Positions 58,095 through 64,000 of a DNA stretch of 64,000 nucleotides are shown piece after piece. The notes below the pieces were generated by a model. That model did not search any database. It worked only from the letters and a program-made list of their open reading frames with translations, and was not told where the DNA came from. Made by a program: the position numbers and the translations under genes. This stretch comes from the human T2T-CHM13v2.0 reference genome, Homo sapiens: assembly GCF_009914755.1 (NCBI RefSeq), contig NC_060944.1; one strand, 5' to 3'. Numbering within the stretch: position 1 is the stretch's first letter; every line of letters starts with the position of its first letter.

Positions 58095-58665
58095 GCACCA
58101 TCACCATCCCCATATTCACCATCACCATACTCATTATCATCATCAGTCTCACCCTCACCATTCTCACCAGCATCAGCAGCAGCATCCTCACCTTAACTAT
58201 CAGTATCTATCACCACCTTCACTATCACCATCCTCACCATCACCATCATCTTCATTATCACCATCACCATCCTGACCATCACCATCATTACCACCTCATC
58301 ATCACCATCCTTACCATCACTATCACCACGCTCACCTTCACCTTTCTCACCATTCTCATCATCATCCTCAGCATAACTATCACTATCATTATCACCACCT
58401 TCACCATCACCTTCCTCATCATCACCATCATTATCACCTTAGCATCACCATCCTTATCATCACCATCACCATGCTCACCTTCACCATTCTCACCATCATC
58501 ATCCTCAGCATAACTATCACTATCATTATCACCACCTTCACCATCACCCTCCTCATCAACACCAACATTATCACTATCACTATCCTCACCATCATCCTCA
58601 ACATAACTATTACTATCATTATCACCACCTTCACCATCACCATCATTATCATCATCACAACCACA
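58095..58665. repeat. Degenerate (CAT/CAC)n low-complexity repeat, copy B
   Basis: Contains the higher-order unit catcctca(g/a)cataactat(c/t)actatcattatcaccaccttcaccatcacc three times; it is shared with copy A. Confidence 0.95.
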
Positions 58666-59029
58666 ATTATGAAAATCTTGGAGGAAAAGAAGAGGAGGTA
58701 GCATATTAAAATACAGGTACTTTGATGGGAAGGAACAGGCAGAGTTGAAGCTGGGGAGGGGATATCAAACAATGGAGACCCCCAGAACAGAAAACTAAGA
58801 AGCTCAGGCTTTGCCTAGAATCAGAGGCATCCTTGGAGATTTATCAGCAGGAGAGTATGCAGTCAGATTTGTGTTTCGGCAGAACATTGAGCAATCTGAC
58901 CAGGTCTACTTTCGAATTTTAATGAGATAATCTGGGTAGAAGTGCTGGTGCTCTGCCAGCAACAGCAGGTACTTCTCATATGGTAAACTGGAACTGTCTT
59001 CTCAGTTCCTACAGCCTTGGCTTCAAATT

Positions 59030-59420
59030 CTGCCTAATCCAGATGACCACTGTCTCTCACTTGAGCAAAGAAGCCTCCCATTGGTCTCGCTGCTCCAGAC
59101 CTTCCTCTTTCCAGATATCAGCCTGATAATCTTCTCACTGCAAACCTGGTCATGTCCCTCCCTTGTCCCTTTGACTAAAGGGTAAGATCCAAATCCCTTA
59201 ACATAACACCCCAGGCACTGAGGAGCTGAGACCCCTCCATTTCCACCTTGACTTTTTCCCCTCCCCCTGTAGTAGCATTGCTGACCCACTTGCCTTGTTC
59301 TTTCACCACAAGGCTTTGATCCTGTTACTCTTCTGCCTAGAGGGTCTTCCCACATCTTCTCTGCCTGGTGAATTTCTACTTAACCTACAAAGCCAAGCTC
59401 ACCTTCTCTGTGAATCCTAC
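59030..59420 (-). mobile_element. L2 fragment
   Basis: Pyrimidine-rich L2-type text (aaagggtaagatccaaatcccttaacat ... ctcttctgcctagagggtcttccc). Confidence 0.5.
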
Positions 59421-61544
59421 TTCCTTCCCATTATGCCGCAAATTGTCTCTCTCACTAGACCTCCAGCCCCTAAAAATCAGGGACAGCTTAATGCATGTTG
59501 GAAATGGCTACTCCTCACTTCATTACCCTAATTAGCTAGTTATATTCCCTTATATTTGTGTTTCCCCATTTACTGAAGCTTTCCACGGGCCAGGCACTGA
59601 GATCCAGGGGAGGACCCGGAGGGTAGGACAAGCATGAGTACTGAAGGCTACAATGGCACAGGCACCAAGAGGCCATGTGGAGTGCAGGAAGCCTCATCTC
59701 TAGAGTGTCTTCCTGGTTTACCATGCGCTTTCTTCTCTTCCCTTATTGGAGTCACCTTGTGCTGGTTTTGATAGCCTGTGTCCCTGAAACATGCACTCCC
59801 CCACACACAAACAGACCCACATCTATCCACAGGTACCTTGCCCATACATAGAGAGACCTCTGTGTGTATCCCCCAGAGCTACAAATGCCAATCTTGAGAA
59901 TGAAGATTTTGCAAGTGCTCTGTGCCAGGCATGATGCCAGGTCCTTGACAACACAAGACCCCTCTGGTTTCTCCCACTCAGCTGTGCAAGGTTCGGGGTT
60001 GAGGAGCTCCCCCTGCCAAGGTCACAGATGTGAAACATGAGGTAACAGCTATTTGAATGTAAGCCTGTAGGTCACCAAAACATATGCCATCTGCACCCCA
60101 CCACAGTGCCTCCAAAGCACATGAAGACATGAGTCTATCAACTGTGACTCATTAGTACCCAGCAATATTTCCTCCTCCACTTCGTTTCTCACTGCCACTC
60201 CAGTATCTCTGCCCACAGTCCCAGAGCCACCTCTGCTTAACGGGGAGGTCAGGACAGATGCTCCGTTCCACCCAATGCCATCTCCCAGGGTGCAGCCTCC
60301 TCACGGGGAAGAGGACTACCATGGCTAGTGGTGACATGGGTGGCTCTGGCCCCCAGGACTCCTCCCCGGACCTCTGCTCAGGACATAGCATGGACAGAGG
60401 TGAGGGTACCATAAACTGCCTCGGAAATGACTACAAACCAGCTCAGACCATTTCAGCACCTAACACGCTGACAGCTCAGGGTGGGCCCACAGAAGGGGAA
60501 GGGCTAGGGAGTCCAGGGCTGCAAGAGTCCCCCCTCCCTGAGCCCTTGAGCACAGCCACCCAGGTGTAAAGGACAATATGGGGGTTCTGGGGATTCCCAA
60601 GCCTGGGCCCTAGAGGTGAGTTCTAGCAGGGCCCCCAGATATCCTCCCCATCCATCCCCTCATCCTGTCTCACATATTCTAAAAACAAGGAAACAGGCCT
60701 AGAGAGGGAAGGGGCTTGAGCAGTCTCTCAGGCAGTTAGAGACAGAGCCCAAGTTAGAATCCATGTTTCTCTCCCTTTTTTCCCCTAGGTCTGTCTCTGA
60801 CTAGCTACGTGACCTTTGAAGAGGCACTCCACCTCTCTGGGCATTGAAGGTTTACAACTTCTGACATGTTCATTCCAGAGGGTTGTCAGGACCTGACAGC
60901 CCTTCACCTAAACAAAACACTCTACAGTCTACAAATATTCATATATCTCTTCTCTTCTCTGACCTCTGTAATACCTCTATGAGGCTGTGAAAATTGGTGC
61001 TTGTGTCCTATTATGCAGATGCAAATACTGGACTCAGAAAGACAAAGACCACACAGGAAGTTTGGGACAGGACTGGAACTAGAACCCAGGTCTCCCAAAG
61101 CAGGGTCCTTGCCATCACTAAGGCTAGGAATACATTTAGACTCCAAAATATGGAGAGTTGCTCAATGTATGCCACCCAGGTTAGAGCTGACCAACCCCAG
61201 AATGCTCAGCAGCTCTGGGACCCTGGAGTGGAGGACTCAAGGCAGAGGGTGATGCCTAAGTCACACACATCTGAGCTCCAATCCAAACTCCACTACACAG
61301 CTGTGTGACCCCACTTTACGAGGCTCAGCCTTCTCTACTGCAAAATGAAACTATAGAAGGTACCAAAAAGCTCAGGATGAGGGGAGAACTGCACCCTGAA
61401 TGCAGGACTGCCAGGCAGGTGGTAAGCACTCATTAACTTTTGTTTCAAGCACACAAATCATACGTTGTTTTTCATCATGTCTCCCCATGGTGTCTGGTCT
61501 ATGGCTCCAGAACCAGGAGGCTTCTGATCAATCTTTATGCTAAA

Positions 61545-61662
61545 TGATGGACAGATAGATGGATGGGTGGTTGGACAAATAAATGGATGGATGCATGGAT
61601 TGATAGATTGATGCTGAGATGAATGGATGAATAGATGGATGAATGGATAAATGAATGGATGG
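61545..61662. repeat. (TGGA/TGAA)n degenerate tetranucleotide repeat
   Basis: Direct inspection. Confidence 0.9.
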
Positions 61663-61801
61663 GTGCTCAGAAGAGAAGAAAGAATAAAACAGTGAGTCAA
61701 AATGAAAAGAACAAGAAGATGATTGAAGGATGGGGCTGAAACATGGAAGAGAGGTACAAGATCCAGCCCTTCTGGCTCCACTCAGCCCCACAGCCACATA
61801 C

Positions 61802-61983
61802 CTTGGGGTAGCACTGGCACATGCTCCAGATTATACCCCTGGACACCATGATGCTGCCACAGAAGGTTTCATTGGACTGGGGCCCATCATGGCTCAGGAG
61901 GAATGTACTGAGAGCCAGAAGACCCATACATTGAAGCTGAAGCGGAAGGTCTTCTCATCTGCCAAGGTCTCCTCATCTGCCAT
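61802..61983 (-). pseudogene. BSND: Barttin (BSND) pseudogene, coding exon 1
   Basis: gcagcc[21 protein letters not shown], a frameshift, [41 protein letters not shown], then the donor gtatg. Barttin reads [59 protein letters not shown]. In-frame TGA at 61894-61896. Confidence 0.93.
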
Positions 61984-62569
61984 GGCTGCCAGCATGTGCA
62001 CCTGTGCACCCCTGTGCACCCCTGCCAGAAGGGGCCCATGCCATCCAGCATAAACATCCAGACAGGCTCACAGGAAGAGATGAAGCTCTTGGATCACTGC
62101 AAATAAAGGCTTAAAGGTAAAGGGAGGGCAAGACCCCTTCAGCTCCAGGCCTATTCCCTGGACCCACCAGTTCAGCAGGGCTGGAGGCAGCATGCTTTGG
62201 TGGACCAGTGAACCCAATCCCCACCCTCTCTCCTTCCCTTGGGGCCCAGAAGGCCTGGAGTGCATGTGTGAATCTGGGTGAGGGAGCAGGCAAGGGAGGG
62301 ACAAGGGGAGGTTACAGGGGCTGGGCCCCAGGCAGGCCTGTGACAAAACCTTCTTTGCCTACTTTGGGGCTGAACTGAGTAAGCAGCTGATCCCACACCT
62401 TCTAGGCCCGGGAAGCAGGGTACAATTCTGCAGCCAAAATATGTTAGAATGCTGCCAGAGGATTTCAGGATCCCAGTGCCAGGCATTTCAGGATCCTAGA
62501 TTTTAGACCCTTCAAGGATATGTGTCCATCTGGGATTCAGGCATGATAGCCCATACGTACTGGATGGTG

Positions 62570-62930
62570 ACGATGTGCATGGCACCATTCTAAGCATGTT
62601 ACAGCTATTAACTCACTTAAGGGACTCCATGAGGCAGGTATTGCTATACCCACTATGCAGAGGGCACTGAGCACAGACAAGTAACTTGCCCGAGGTCACA
62701 CAGCTGGAAATGGTAGAGAAGCTGGAACATGAACCCAGAAGCTGTGCCCCTGGCCACAGGGCAATCCTGCTTAACGGCAGCACGAGGTTATGGGTGAGAG
62801 CTCTGATGGCAAGGCAGGCTGCCTGGGTTTAGATCCTGGCTCCTGTACTGCGCGGCAGCATGGTCTTGATCACATTACCTGCCTGTGTCTGTTTCCTCCT
62901 CTGTAAAATGGGGATAATAACGGTACCTCC
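62570..62930. mobile_element. Two MIR SINEs
   Basis: aagtaacttgcccgaggtcacacagct and tctgtttcctcctctgtaaaatggggataataa cores. Confidence 0.7.
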
Positions 62931-63547
62931 CAGCATTAGCGCTATCTCCAGGCCTAGGTGTCCTGGATCCTTCTGCCCCCTTTACACTCTGTGCAGCATC
63001 CAGGCCTGCTTGTAATGAGCTCCTCTACTCCCCCACCAAAGCTCTGGTGAATTAATGTCCCTGTGGGGTATAAGTGACTGACAGTAACTTCCTCAATCTC
63101 CTTGCAGCCTAATCTAAGAAGATGCCTTCTAAAGAATAGCATTCTAATGTGAAATTTTAGTCCTGTGAAAGGCTAATGGGAGAAATCAGATTCCAAGATT
63201 ACAGAAAAAACAGGACGATGAGTATCTCTAAAAGAAAATGTTCACTTGTAGTATCGATGGGGTTAGGTGGCCGATACAGGATGAAAGGCTTTCATTTGGC
63301 TCCCTGACTTGCTGGGTTTGGGGATTTCCCTGGTCCTGGTCATTACCTCTTTCCTCCTGCCCAGCATGTGCTCACACCAGCCCCTCTGCCTCACAGTCCT
63401 TCCCACAGGCTCTTTTTCTTACATTTTTTTAGAGAAGGTAAGCTCAGAGGGACTTTTAATATGCCAATCGATGTTAATAAAATATAAGTCAAAGACAAGT
63501 GCAAACATGCTTTCAACCAACATTAATGAGGAAACGACACAAATTCT

Positions 63548-63854
63548 TTTTCTTTTTATAATTTATTTTATTTTTGAGATGGAATCTCGCTCTGTCACCC
63601 AAGCTGGAGTGCAGTGGCATGATCTCCACTCACCACAAGCTCCTCCTCCTGGGTTCACTTCATTCTCCTGCCTCAGACTCCTGAGTAGCTGGGACTACAG
63701 GCACCTACAACCACGCCCGGCAAATTTTTTGTATTATAGTAGAGATGGGGTTTCACCGTGTTAGCCAGGATGGTCTCGATCTCCTGACCTCGTGATATGC
63801 CCACCTCAGCCTCCCAAAGTGCTGGGATTATAGGTTGAGCCACTGGGCCTGGCC
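63548..63854 (-). mobile_element. AluY-like SINE (CpG-decayed)
   Basis: Antisense dimer; ttcaccgtgttagccaggatggtctcgatctcctgacctcgtgat. Confidence 0.9.
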
Positions 63855-64000
63855 CTGTTTGTTCTTTTACATTAACTTTACAATGTATTTGCCATGTTTT
63901 AAAAATAAATTTAATTGGAATTTTATTGAAATTTTATGAGACATGATTTAGTCAAAGATGAACACACAACATTATTATTACTGTTTCCATCTAGCTATGG

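Overview
Human-type primate genomic DNA; an AluYb8 with the diagnostic 7-bp duplication points to human. I find no intact protein-coding gene. The window looks like a pericentromeric segmental-duplication mosaic, most like the FAM182/BSND-pseudogene region of 20p11, though that placement comes from recall and was not searched. Layout: (1) 1-19 kb is repeat-dense, with a Tigger1 carrying nested Alu and L1PA insertions and a 360-bp local duplication, plus a full-length THE1 provirus. (2) 19.0-28.9 kb is a CpG-rich tandem array of about five 2.2-2.4-kb FAM27-type units; four contain a promoter-like module (CCAAT/NRF1, YY1 in one). (3) A decayed unprocessed barttin (BSND) pseudogene lies on the minus strand: exon 1 at 61.8-62.0 kb and the last exon at 35.7-36.1 kb. 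Between them is a ~20-kb block bounded by two homologous (CAT/CAC)n repeats. (4) That block holds a FAM182-type GC-rich exon/ORF, two young AluY elements and a 3.2-kb CACCTG-rich 18-19-bp minisatellite with an internal inversion. Almost all ORFs in the supplied track are repeat or low-complexity artefacts. I cannot support a new biological system; the best leads are the promoter-module array, the split BSND relic and the E-box minisatellite. Repeat subfamily names and boundaries were called by eye and are approximate.
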